A DNA stretch of 64,000 nt. It comes from Verrucomicrobiia bacterium. GTDB lineage: Bacteria; Verrucomicrobiota; Verrucomicrobiia; Limisphaerales; UBA1319. Under the pieces are notes generated by a model that saw nothing but the letters and a program-made list of their open reading frames with translations, was not told where the DNA came from and ran no database searches. The DNA is taken from NCBI GenBank assembly GCA_963664225.1, contig OY760937.1:1408001-1472000 (forward strand), in the 5' to 3' direction. The translations under genes were made by a program, and so were the position numbers. Shown here one piece after another: positions 1-9,065 of this stretch (position 1 is its first letter; each line of letters opens with the position of its first letter).

Positions 1-1173
1 GAAGCGCTCCCTGCCCCAGTCAATGTTCGGATGCTGATGGCTTACAGGTACCAGCACATACAAAGCACTGTGGCCCGGTGGCGCCATCGTTTGGTCAGTG
101 CGGCACGGATTCTCGACATAGAACGAAGGGTCTTCGGTGAGCACGTGCTGATTCTCGATTTCGTCAAGGTTCTGCCGGTAATTCGCGGCCACGTAAATGT
201 TGTGGTGCTGAAGCTGCTCGTAGCGGCCTTCGATTCCCAGATAAAGCATGAAGGTGGAGCAGGAAAAGCGTTTGCTGGCGATGGTTTTGTTGGTCCAACG
301 GTGTCGCAGTCGTTCAGGCACGAGTGTGGTCATCGCATGACCAAAGTCGGCGTTCACCACCACCGCATCGGACCGGTACTCACCTTGCGCGGTGCGAGCG
401 CCCACAGCCCTCCGACCCTCGAATAGAATTTCTTCCACAGGCTCGTCCAGCCGGATGGTCACACCGAGTTCTGTGGCCACGCGCGCCATGCCGCGAGTGA
501 GCGCGTTACAGCCTCCGATCGGATGCCAGATGCCGTGTTCGTATTCGAGAAAAGAGAGAATCGAGAACAGGCTGGGACATTTAAAAGGAGACATCCCCAG
601 GTATTTCGACTGGAAGGTGAATGCCAATTGCAGACGCGGATCCTGGAAGTAACCGGCCAGTTCTGCGTGCAACGATTTCCACGGCTTCAGGTAAGGAAGC
701 ACCGCAAGCAGGCGCGCTTGCAGGAGGCTCGTCCAGCCGGGAAATGGCGATTGCAAACACGGCGCAAACTTCTCCAGCTTCACACGGTTGTAATCCATGA
801 ACCGGCGAAACTGCGGTGCATCGTCCGGCGCCAACTTCGCGATTTCCGCCTCCATCTGCACGATATCCGATTTGCATAGCAGTTCGCCACCAGCGCCAAA
901 GACGAGCCGGTATTGAGGATCGAGCCGCTTCATCGGGATTTCAGTGCGGAGATCGCGACCGACCTCGGTGAATATTTCCTCCAGGATTTGTGGGTAGAGG
1001 AAAAAGGTGGGACCGAGGTCAAAGCGAAATCCTTCGGCTTCAATGGCCGAAGTCCGGCCGCCAACGCGCGGTTGCTTTTCCAGAATGGTGACTTGCTTTC
1101 CTGCTTTAGCCAATAGTAACGCAGTCGCCAACGCGCCTGGTCCAGCGCCGATGATTAGCACTTGCTGTGACAT
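1..1173 (-). CDS. Phytoene desaturase family protein (CrtI/CrtN-like), truncated by the window edge
   Basis: Not in the ORF track because it runs off the edge. Manual translation from the ATG at 1173 gives MSQQVLIIGAGPGALATALLLAKAGKQVTILEKQPRVGGRTSAIEAEGFRFDLGPTFFLYP (FAD-binding motif plus FDLGPT). It lies next to other C30 carotenoid genes. Confidence 0.88.
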   Translation of the reverse strand, partial: MSQQVLIIGAGPGALATALLLAKAGKQVTILEKQPRVGGRTSAIEAEGFRFDLGPTFFLYPQILEEIFTEVGRDLRTEIPMKRLDPQYRLVFGAGGELLCKSDIVQMEAEIAKLAPDDAPQFRRFMDYNRVKLEKFAPCLQSPFPGWTSLLQARLLAVLPYLKPWKSLHAELAGYFQDPRLQLAFTFQSKYLGMSPFKCPSLFSILSFLEYEHGIWHPIGGCNALTRGMARVATELGVTIRLDEPVEEILFEGRRAVGARTAQGEYRSDAVVVNADFGHAMTTLVPERLRHRWTNKTIASKRFSCSTFMLYLGIEGRYEQLQHHNIYVAANYRQNLDEIENQHVLTEDPSFYVENPCRTDQTMAPPGHSALYVLVPVSHQHPNIDWGRERF

Positions 1174-1211
1174 GAGATTATTAATATCAGGCAATCAAGC
1201 CAATTGCAACC

Positions 1212-2594
1212 TCAGCCGCCCAGCATGAGACGATAGACGCGTTTGAGCGTGGCCAAGGTAATCCGCACGGGAGGGTAGCGCAGTTTTGAGTCGAACGCGA
1301 ATGATCGGCGCAATACGGAGCGGCGGTGAGTGAAACAATTGAAGCCCGCCTTTCCGTGGTAGGAGCCGAGACCGCTTTCGCCCAAACCGCCAAAGGGCAG
1401 TTGATGACCAAGGATATGCGTGACGGTGTCATTGAAGCAGACCCCCCCTGAGCGAGTGGCAGCCAGCACCTGGCTTTGTGCCTCACGGTCCCGGGTGAAG
1501 AGATACAATGCCAGCGGCGTTGGGCGATCACGGAGCAGCGCCAGCGCGTCTTCGAGTCGATCATATTCCATGACCGGAAGGATTGGGCCAAAAATTTCTT
1601 CCTGCATCACTGGGGCATCAACGGGAACGTTTGTCAGAATGGTCGGCGCGAGGTAGTGGTCATCCGCGTCGTAATGGCCGCCATGCGCTATCTTGCCCAC
1701 AGCGAGATAACCTGCCAACCGGTCGAAGTGCCGCCGGTTGATAATCCGGCCGTAGTCAGGGCTCTGTTGCGGGTCTTCACCGTAAAAGGCGCGTATCTCC
1801 CGTTTCATCGTTTCAACCAATGCCGGGACGAAACCACGTTCCACGAGCAGAAAATCGGGGGCGACGCATGTCTGACCTGCGTTCATGAATTTTCCCCAGA
1901 CGATGCGGCGGGCTGTGATGTTCAACGGCGCGTCCGCACAGACCAGACAGGGGCATTTTCCTCCGAGCTCCAGTGTCACAGGGGTTAAATGCCGGGCTGC
2001 GGCGGTCATCACGATGCGGCCAACACCCGTGCTCCCGGTGAAAAAGATCGTGTCGAATTTCTCCCTCAGCAATGCTTCCGCAGTCTCGTGTTCGCCCTGG
2101 ACGATCGTGAGGTATTCTGCGGGGAAGGTTGAGCTGATGATTTGGGCGATCGCTGCAGCGGTGCGCGGCGCAAATTCGGATGGCTTGAGCACGGCGCAAT
2201 TGCCGGCCGCCAGGGCGCTCGTCAAGGGTGACATGAGAAGTTGGAACGGGTAATTCCACGGTCCGATAATGAGGGCGACTCCATACGGTTCTGGCTGTAT
2301 GAATCCCTTTGATGGCCAGGCGATCAATGGAGAGGGACGCCGCCGGGTCTTCATCCAAACCGCCAGATGGCGAATCGCGTGTCGAATTTCGCTGATCACG
2401 AGGCCGATTTCCGAAGTGTAGGCCTCGTGCGGTGATTTGTGAAGATCCGCCTGCAACGCGTCCAGGATTACTTGTTCCTGGTCCTCTATGACTTTGCACA
2501 GCTTGACGAGTTGCGACTTGCGAAAATCCAGAGAACGCGTTGCCCCGGTTTGGAAGAATGCGCGCTGGCGTGCGATGAGGGCGGTGTAGTCCAT
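1212..2594 (-). CDS. Aldehyde dehydrogenase (ALDH3-like), probably the carotenoid-aldehyde dehydrogenase AldH/CrtNc
   Basis: PWNYP, FTGS, TLELGGKCP, AGQTCVAPD, EEIFGP and LPFGG motifs; located in the carotenoid cluster. Confidence 0.9.
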   Translation of the reverse strand: MDYTALIARQRAFFQTGATRSLDFRKSQLVKLCKVIEDQEQVILDALQADLHKSPHEAYTSEIGLVISEIRHAIRHLAVWMKTRRRPSPLIAWPSKGFIQPEPYGVALIIGPWNYPFQLLMSPLTSALAAGNCAVLKPSEFAPRTAAAIAQIISSTFPAEYLTIVQGEHETAEALLREKFDTIFFTGSTGVGRIVMTAAARHLTPVTLELGGKCPCLVCADAPLNITARRIVWGKFMNAGQTCVAPDFLLVERGFVPALVETMKREIRAFYGEDPQQSPDYGRIINRRHFDRLAGYLAVGKIAHGGHYDADDHYLAPTILTNVPVDAPVMQEEIFGPILPVMEYDRLEDALALLRDRPTPLALYLFTRDREAQSQVLAATRSGGVCFNDTVTHILGHQLPFGGLGESGLGSYHGKAGFNCFTHRRSVLRRSFAFDSKLRYPPVRITLATLKRVYRLMLGG

Positions 2595-2640
2595 ATTGGG
2601 AATGGCTAAAGCTCTGTGACGAGTGTATGATAGTCAAGCG

Positions 2641-3414
2641 ATGATTCGCTGGATATCGATCTGGATTTGCCTTGCGGCGGTGCTGCTGCGGGGGGAATCT
2701 GCAACAGATACACTTGCCGCAAACGGTGTGGCAGAATTCAAGGCGGCTTATCAGGCATGGGATGGCGCGCGTTTTGGCGTGGCGGCGCAACTTTTCCGTC
2801 AGGCGTGCATGAACGCGCCCGGGTTCTGCACAAACTTTTACTGGCTGGGAGTGGCGCAGTTTCATCGAATGCTCCAATTGCAAACTCTGCCTGCTTCTCC
2901 TGCGAACACAGTTGCTGCCGACGCGGCCATGGAGGATGCTTTGGCTGCCCTCAAAACCGCGGTAAAGCTCGACGAGCGAAATGCTGAAAGCCACGCCCTG
3001 CTGGGCACACTTTACGGGATGAAGATTAATGGGAGTCTGGCGCGCGCCGCATGGTTTGGTCCGCGCGTCCAGAGCCATCGCAATAAGGCGCTGGAGGCCG
3101 GTGCTGAGAATCCTCGCGTGCAGTATTTGCTCGGCATGTGCGAATTCCACACGGCGGACAAGCCGCCGGCGCGGCGCGAGGCGCTTGCCAGGTTGCTGAT
3201 CGCGGAGAAACTCTTTGAGGCGGAAGCGCACCATCCTCCCGGACCTCTGGAACCACGCTGGGGATGGAGCAGTTGCCTTACTTTCATCGGGCGCACCTAT
3301 GAATTACTGGGACGGAGTCAGGAAGCATCAGGTTACTTTCGCAAGGCTCTCGCGGCGCACCCCGCCGATCATATCGCGAAGGAGGGCTTGGGACGCGTTA
3401 TGGAAAAGAAATGA
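2641..3414 (+). CDS. Secreted TPR-like helical repeat protein
   Basis: Signal-peptide-like N-terminus (MIRWISIWICLAAVLLRG) and TPR-like helices (AESHALLGTLYG, NPRVQYLLG, EASGYFRKALAAHP). Confidence 0.7.
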   Translation: MIRWISIWICLAAVLLRGESATDTLAANGVAEFKAAYQAWDGARFGVAAQLFRQACMNAPGFCTNFYWLGVAQFHRMLQLQTLPASPANTVAADAAMEDALAALKTAVKLDERNAESHALLGTLYGMKINGSLARAAWFGPRVQSHRNKALEAGAENPRVQYLLGMCEFHTADKPPARREALARLLIAEKLFEAEAHHPPGPLEPRWGWSSCLTFIGRTYELLGRSQEASGYFRKALAAHPADHIAKEGLGRVMEKK

Positions 3415-3421
3415 AGCAAAT

Positions 3422-4903
3422 ATGAGCAAAAAGCAGGTCATCGTCATCGGATCAGGGCTGGGCGGATTATCCGCAGCCATTTCGCTGGCTCAGGAAGGTT
3501 ACGCCGTCGCGATTCACGAGAAGAATGTGAGGATTGGCGGTAAACTTAACGTGCTGAAGGAGCATGGCTTTAGCTTTGACCTTGGCCCATCCATCCTCAC
3601 CCTTCCACACATTTTTCAACGCTTGTTCGAGCGCAGCGGCAGGAAGATGAGCGATTACATTGCGATTCGTCCCTTGCGTCCCCATTGGCGCAACTTCTTT
3701 GAGGATGGCAAGATCGTGGACCTGTATCCTGAGCCGGATCGAATGGCGGACGAGGCGCTGAAAGTGGGTGAAGATCCTGTTAATGTGCAACGATTTCTGA
3801 AGTATTCCGCCGACCTTTACGATCTGGTGAATGCGGGTTACTTTGAGCAGGGCCTCGACACTTCGCAAGAATTTGGCCGCTTCTACGGCCTCTGGAAATT
3901 CTCCAAATTCGATCTGTTCCGCACCATGCACGGGGGCGTGAAGCGGTTTCTAAAGACGCGTTACATGCAGGACATCTTCGACTACTTTATCAAGTATGTC
4001 GGCTCGTCGGCTTATCATTCCCCGGCCTTCATGAATTGCCTCCCCACAATCCAGTTTCGCTACGATCTCTGGTACGTGGAGGGCGGACTTTACAATATCG
4101 CTCTTGGTCTCCAGCGTTTGATGGACGAACTCGGCATCGTCGTTCACCTTGACAGCGAGGTCGTGGAAGTCCGTAAGAATGGCGGTCATGTCACCGGGCT
4201 CGTGACGAAGGACGGCCAGTTCCATTCCGCCCACATCATTGTCTCGAACATGGAAGTCATCCCTGCTTACGAACGGCTGTTGCGCGAAGACAAAAATTTC
4301 ATGCACACGCTGGAAAAGTTGGAGCCATCCTGCTCTGGCCTCGTTCTTGAACTGGGTCTCGATTGCAAGTATCCCCAACTGGCTCACCACAACTTCTTTT
4401 TTTCAGATGACCAGCGTGAGCATTTTAACACCGTTTTCCGCAAACGCCAGTTGCCGCCCGACCCCACAATCTACCTCGTGGCAGCCTCCAAGACCGATCC
4501 GTCCGTTGCGCCGCCTGGCTGCGATTGCCTGAAAATATTGCCCCACATCCCGCACATTGACGACGAGCACCCCTTGACCCGCGAGGATTACCTCGTCTTC
4601 AAGGAGCGCGTGTTGAACAAGCTGGAACGGATGGGACTAAAGGATCTGAGAAAACACGTTGTTTTTGAGCATTGCTGGACTCCGCTGGATATTCGCGAGC
4701 AGTATTACTCCAATAAGGGCTCGATTTATGGTGTTGTCAGCGATCGTTTCAAAAACCTGGCCTTCAAGGCACCCAAGCAAAGCACCAAGTACCCGAACCT
4801 ATTCTTCGTCGGCGGCTCGGTAAATCCGGGTGGCGGCATGCCCATGGTGGTGCTTTGCGGGCAGAACGTGGCCAGGAAGGTCGTTGCCTGGGACAAACAA
4901 TGA
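3422..4903 (+). CDS. Phytoene desaturase family protein, diapolycopene/diaponeurosporene oxygenase type (CrtP/CrtNb-like)
   Basis: Start MSKKQVIVIGSGLGG; FDLGPSILT, DYFIKYVGSS and C-terminal GGSVNPGGGMPMV motifs; followed by GT2 and CrtO genes. Confidence 0.85.
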   Translation: MSKKQVIVIGSGLGGLSAAISLAQEGYAVAIHEKNVRIGGKLNVLKEHGFSFDLGPSILTLPHIFQRLFERSGRKMSDYIAIRPLRPHWRNFFEDGKIVDLYPEPDRMADEALKVGEDPVNVQRFLKYSADLYDLVNAGYFEQGLDTSQEFGRFYGLWKFSKFDLFRTMHGGVKRFLKTRYMQDIFDYFIKYVGSSAYHSPAFMNCLPTIQFRYDLWYVEGGLYNIALGLQRLMDELGIVVHLDSEVVEVRKNGGHVTGLVTKDGQFHSAHIIVSNMEVIPAYERLLREDKNFMHTLEKLEPSCSGLVLELGLDCKYPQLAHHNFFFSDDQREHFNTVFRKRQLPPDPTIYLVAASKTDPSVAPPGCDCLKILPHIPHIDDEHPLTREDYLVFKERVLNKLERMGLKDLRKHVVFEHCWTPLDIREQYYSNKGSIYGVVSDRFKNLAFKAPKQSTKYPNLFFVGGSVNPGGGMPMVVLCGQNVARKVVAWDKQ

Positions 4904-5940
4904 CCCTCCTCACGCTTGCTCTCGCGTTTTGTTCAGTGGGCTTTTTCCTGCTGGGACGTCTTCGTTGCTCCGGTGGTGGTGCCAACGCACGGGGTTTGCC
5001 GGGGGCTTTGAGTATAATCATCCCGGCACGCAATGAGGAGCACAACCTTCCTGCTTTGTTGGGGTCTTTGGTGACGCAGTCGGTCAAGCCGCACGAGATC
5101 ATTGTTGTGGACGACGGTTCGACTGATCGCACCGCTGAAATCGCCCGACAACTGGGCGCATCCGTGATCGCCTCGGATTCGCTTCCCGAAGGTTGGCGTG
5201 GCAAGACCTGGGCATGTCATCAAGGGGCGCAAGCTGCGACAGGCGACCACCTGCTATTCCTGGACGCCGACACCTGGTTCGAGCCAGAGGGTCTTGCCTG
5301 GATTCTGTCTAAATATTCCGGAGGCGCATTTTCCGTCGGGCCGTATCATGTGGTGATTAAACCTTACGAGGATTTTTCCCTTTTCTTCAACCTCAACATG
5401 AACTTTGGGACTTTGCCGCACGGTTTGTTCGGACAAATGTTGCTCATCGATCGCGAAAGCTATCGGCATGTTGGCGGACACGAAGCTGTCAAGGGCCGGA
5501 TTCTGGAGAACTTTTGGCTGGCGGAGCAGCTTGACAGAGCCGGGATCCAAGTCAGTAGCATGATCGGCCGGGGGGCATTCTCGTTCCGTATGTACCCCAA
5601 AGGGCTGCGGGAGTTGATCGACGGCTGGACCAAGGGATTTGCTTCCGGTGCCGGGCAAACTGAGCCGGGGACGTTGCTCGCAGTGGTGGCTTGGATGATT
5701 GGACTGGTGCTTGTGTCTCTGGGGTGGCTGTTGGCTGGTGACTGGCGCCATTGGGGCGCCTTGTACCTGCTTTGCGCCGCACAGGTGTTGTGGGCTGGAA
5801 GAAGGGTTGGGACATTCCGTTGGTACACGGCGTTGTTTTACCCGGCGCCTCTGTTTTTTTTCTTTGTTCTGTTCGCCCGTTCGGCAATGCAATCAGGCAG
5901 GACGGTGAGTTGGAAAGGACGAAAAATCGATGCCGATTGA
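4900..5940 (+). CDS. GT2 glycosyltransferase (CrtQ-like carotenoid glycosyltransferase)
   Basis: IIIPARNEE, VDDGSTD, GWRGKTWAC, FLDAD and FRMY motifs; C-terminal TM helices; ATGA overlap with the upstream gene. Confidence 0.85.
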   Translation: MTLLTLALAFCSVGFFLLGRLRCSGGGANARGLPGALSIIIPARNEEHNLPALLGSLVTQSVKPHEIIVVDDGSTDRTAEIARQLGASVIASDSLPEGWRGKTWACHQGAQAATGDHLLFLDADTWFEPEGLAWILSKYSGGAFSVGPYHVVIKPYEDFSLFFNLNMNFGTLPHGLFGQMLLIDRESYRHVGGHEAVKGRILENFWLAEQLDRAGIQVSSMIGRGAFSFRMYPKGLRELIDGWTKGFASGAGQTEPGTLLAVVAWMIGLVLVSLGWLLAGDWRHWGALYLLCAAQVLWAGRRVGTFRWYTALFYPAPLFFFFVLFARSAMQSGRTVSWKGRKIDAD

Positions 5941-6397
5941 ACTGCCCATTGTTTGGATCATTGTGTTGAATATGGCTGGCTGGCTTGTCTTACAGCTTGG
6001 CCTTGCGTGGTTGTTCATGCGGATGCCCGTCTCATGGTTCAACCCTTGCAGGGCATTTGCATGGGAACGGAGCGGACGCTTCTACGAACGCGTTTTTGCC
6101 ATTAAGAGATGGAAGGACCGCCTGCCCGATGCTGCACGGTGGTTTGGTGGAGGGTTCGCGAAAGGCACACTGGCCGGAACGAATACCGGTTATCTGCAGC
6201 GATTCGTTCGCGAAACCTGGCGGGGTGAACTTTGCCATTGGTCGGCTATCGCATTCGCTCCAGCGTTCTTTTTGTGGAATCCGTGGTGGGGTGACCTGAT
6301 CATCGTGGGATACGCCGTGGCGGCCAACCTGCCTTGCATCCTGGCTCAACGCTACAATCGACTCCGCTTTGAGCGGTTGCTTGCTCGGCGCTCATGA
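5930..6397 (+). CDS. crtO: Glycosyl-4,4'-diaponeurosporenoate acyltransferase (CrtO-like)
   Basis: IKRWKDRLPD, ETWRGELCHW and ANLPCILAQRYNRLR match the CrtO family pattern; cluster context. Confidence 0.8.
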   Translation: MPIELPIVWIIVLNMAGWLVLQLGLAWLFMRMPVSWFNPCRAFAWERSGRFYERVFAIKRWKDRLPDAARWFGGGFAKGTLAGTNTGYLQRFVRETWRGELCHWSAIAFAPAFFLWNPWWGDLIIVGYAVAANLPCILAQRYNRLRFERLLARRS

Positions 6398-6651
6398 CCT
6401 TGCTGCCGAGCCACCGTATTGCCTGATGCCTGATTTTGCGTGCGGGGTGTGGAATTGCTGGATGCTGGAAAAAGTTGCCGCCAATGAATAATTGGCAAAA
6501 AGTGGCCTCCGCGGCAAAAAACCACAAAGCGCAGTCTTTGATTAATGGGGATTACAGGGCTGCACTAAACGAAACCACCTCCAAAGCTTGATGGAAAGTT
6601 GCTGAGGGGAGCGAGAGTTCCAGTTTAACTGGCTGCGGCCTCGAAGAAGGG

Positions 6652-6867
6652 CTAATTTAAACGCCAGACGATGCGCGCTTTATTCAAATCGTAGGGGGAC
6701 ATCTCCATCTTGACGCGATCACCAACGGTCAACCGCACCCAACGCTTGCGCATCTTGCCACAGATTGTGGCCAGAACGAGGTGCTTATTATTCAATTCAA
6801 CGCGAAACATGGTGCCCGCGAGCACCGTTTGGATGCGACCTTCGACTTCGATGGATTCTTCTTTCAT
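6652..6867 (-). CDS. infA: Translation initiation factor IF-1
   Basis: MKEESIEVEG...FRVELNN...GKMRK...GDRVKMEMSPYDLNKARI; true start is the ATG at 6867. Confidence 0.93.
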   Translation of the reverse strand: MKEESIEVEGRIQTVLAGTMFRVELNNKHLVLATICGKMRKRWVRLTVGDRVKMEMSPYDLNKARIVWRLN

Positions 6868-6947
6868 GCAATAGACAGGAATCGGCCCGGACAGACTCTG
6901 ACAACGACGCTTCGCAAAACGGGCCAAACAGGGAGAAGTCGTCCAAT

Positions 6948-6981
6948 AAAAAAGCGGGGACCAGTATGACCTGGGCCCCGC
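6948..6981 (-). terminator. Rho-independent terminator of the RRM gene
   Basis: Minus strand reads GCGGGGCCCAG-GTCATA-CTGGTCCCCGC-TTTTTT. Confidence 0.8.
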
Positions 6982-7009
6982 TATGTGCAAAAGCTTGGTC
7001 TACAATAGC

Positions 7010-7354
7010 TTAATAGCGACCACGGCCGCCACCGCCACTGCCGCCGCCGAAGTCACGACGACCACCGCTGCTGCCGCCACGGCTGCCGCCGCCCGCCGGA
7101 CGCTCTTCGCGAGGCTTGGCAATGTTCACGGTGACTGCACGGCCGTCGATCTGGCTGCCGTTGAGGGCCTCAATGGCCTTCTGAGCTTCCTCGGGGGTGC
7201 TCATGGTGATGAAACCGAATCCGCGGGAACGACCGCTCATGCGATCCATCATCAGGTTGGCTTCCACGACAGTGCCGTGTGCCGCAAAGGCGTCTTGCAG
7301 GTCGTTTTCAGTGGTGTTGAAGGAAAGATTTCCAACAAACAGTTTAGTACTCAT
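7010..7354 (-). CDS. RRM RNA-binding protein with Gly-rich tail
   Basis: RNP2 LFVGNL and RNP1 RGFGFI; Gly/Arg-rich C-terminus. Confidence 0.95.
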   Translation of the reverse strand: MSTKLFVGNLSFNTTENDLQDAFAAHGTVVEANLMMDRMSGRSRGFGFITMSTPEEAQKAIEALNGSQIDGRAVTVNIAKPREERPAGGGSRGGSSGGRRDFGGGSGGGGRGRY

Positions 7355-7686
7355 TTAATAATTGCTGTCCAGACTACCTCTGCATCTCGAGACTGTTCCC
7401 GACCGTCGGGTTTCAAATCTTCACTGAACCACGTTCACTTGAGGATTCAACATGCCTTGGAAGCGACAAGCTATCTAACAGACGAGCACTACAATGCACC
7501 ATGTGGAAAACGTTGGCAACCACATTTTGAATATTTTTTTGGATATCTTTGAACGAACCAATCGAAATGCAAAACAACGGCTCGGTGGGTCGCAACGGTT
7601 GCTTAACATCCATTCAGTTCGGAGAGACGTGTTCCCATAGGTCATCTCGTTACGTAAAAACCACGGCATTAACAATATGAACATGC

Positions 7687-8940
7687 CTATTCTGGAGACA
7701 CCGCAGAAGCCATTTTTGAGAATCCGCGCGGCATCATGGCCAGGATGAGCCAGAGCAGGGCGGCAATAACCAGGGCGATGGGGAGCAGCATCACGGCTTT
7801 CTGAAGACTTTGCCAGTGGTCTGAAAGGCGTCCGATGATTTCTGGCGACCAGAGATCGCCCAGCAGGTGAATCAGAAAGATTGAGAGTGCCATCGCGCTG
7901 GAGCGCAGGTTTACAGGCACAGTCTCTATAATGAGCGTATTGATGGGGCCTGTCGGGAGAAACAGAAGGAACATCGCCATGGCCAGGCAGGACATGGAAA
8001 GGGTGGTGTTGGATGTCTTAAACGCAACGATTGAAAACGGGATGGCCGCCAGCACCGAAAGCCCGAGGGTAAAGGCATATCCAGAGCGATTGTGCTTTTG
8101 CCATGCGGTGGCTGCGAAACCGCCGATCAGCGTGCCCAGCAGACCGGCGACGACGAGAACCGCGCCGAAAAACGTCGCAGCAGTCTTTACGGGTATGTGA
8201 TGCACGCGATTTAGGAATGTGGGGCCCCAAAAGGCAAACGCACCCAAAGCGAAGGTGTAAGCCACGTATCCAAAGACAGTTAAATTGTAGTCGCGCAGGA
8301 GCAGGAGTTTAAAGGCGTCGCTCCATTTTGGCTTCTCCTTGAATTCGGGATGGTCAGCAAGACCCTCGGCCTGTCCGCGCCGGGGTTCGGCGAACGGCAA
8401 CAATGAAAGGGCCAGCAGCAATCCGGGAGCCCCCGCGATAATAAAAGCGTAACGCCAACCCCACAGGTTGGCGATCTGGCCTCCCAGGATGTTGCCCAAT
8501 GCAGCGCCCACGGGAATGGCCACATAGAAAATTGTGAGGGCGTTGTTGCGGCGTTTTGGGGGGAAAGTGTCTGAAATCCAGCCGGGGCTGATCGTGGCAT
8601 AACTGGCTTCTCCGAGTCCCACCAAGGCGCGGAATGCGAGCAGCGAGTACATGGCGGTGGCACATCCGGTGAGCACCGTGCCCAGGCTCCATAGAAAAAT
8701 ACCCGCTGCGATCAGCCATTTGCGCGACGACCTGTCGCCAAGATAACCGAAAGCGGGCGAAGTGACGAAGTAACCGAGCATGAAGGCAGTGAATAACCTT
8801 CCGGCGTCGCCGTCGTTGATGCGCAGTTCAGATTGCAGTGATGGCAGGACTGCGGAGAGCACATATCGGTCGATATAGTTGAACAGGTTGAGGCCTGTCA
8901 GAATAAACAGCGTCCAAAAAGGAGAGAGTAATTTGTTCAT
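7687..8940 (-). CDS. MFS transporter (Spinster-like)
   Basis: NLFNYIDR, GYLGDRSSRK and RALVGLGEA motifs; about 12 TM segments. Confidence 0.9.
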   Translation of the reverse strand: MNKLLSPFWTLFILTGLNLFNYIDRYVLSAVLPSLQSELRINDGDAGRLFTAFMLGYFVTSPAFGYLGDRSSRKWLIAAGIFLWSLGTVLTGCATAMYSLLAFRALVGLGEASYATISPGWISDTFPPKRRNNALTIFYVAIPVGAALGNILGGQIANLWGWRYAFIIAGAPGLLLALSLLPFAEPRRGQAEGLADHPEFKEKPKWSDAFKLLLLRDYNLTVFGYVAYTFALGAFAFWGPTFLNRVHHIPVKTAATFFGAVLVVAGLLGTLIGGFAATAWQKHNRSGYAFTLGLSVLAAIPFSIVAFKTSNTTLSMSCLAMAMFLLFLPTGPINTLIIETVPVNLRSSAMALSIFLIHLLGDLWSPEIIGRLSDHWQSLQKAVMLLPIALVIAALLWLILAMMPRGFSKMASAVSPE

Positions 8941-9065
8941 GACAGACAGTTCGTTGCTCCTGGCAATCAGTATGCTCTCGTCATCTTCCGATGTCCCGAA
9001 GAATTATTGAGACGGATGCACATTGGCACCCATTTGTTTGCGTATGGCGCGATTAGCCCTGCGCT

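Noticed and set aside
1813..3234. 473-aa minus-strand ORF
   Set aside because: It overlaps aldH out of frame and the TPR gene antisense, and has no recognisable motifs; a shadow ORF.
7371..7401. CGGGAACA upstream of the RRM gene as a fourth ECF promoter
   Set aside because: The position 17 nt downstream reads GTAGTCT rather than YTCTTA.
6983..7552. 189-aa Ala/Thr-rich plus-strand ORF
   Set aside because: It is the antisense reading of the Gly-rich RRM gene.
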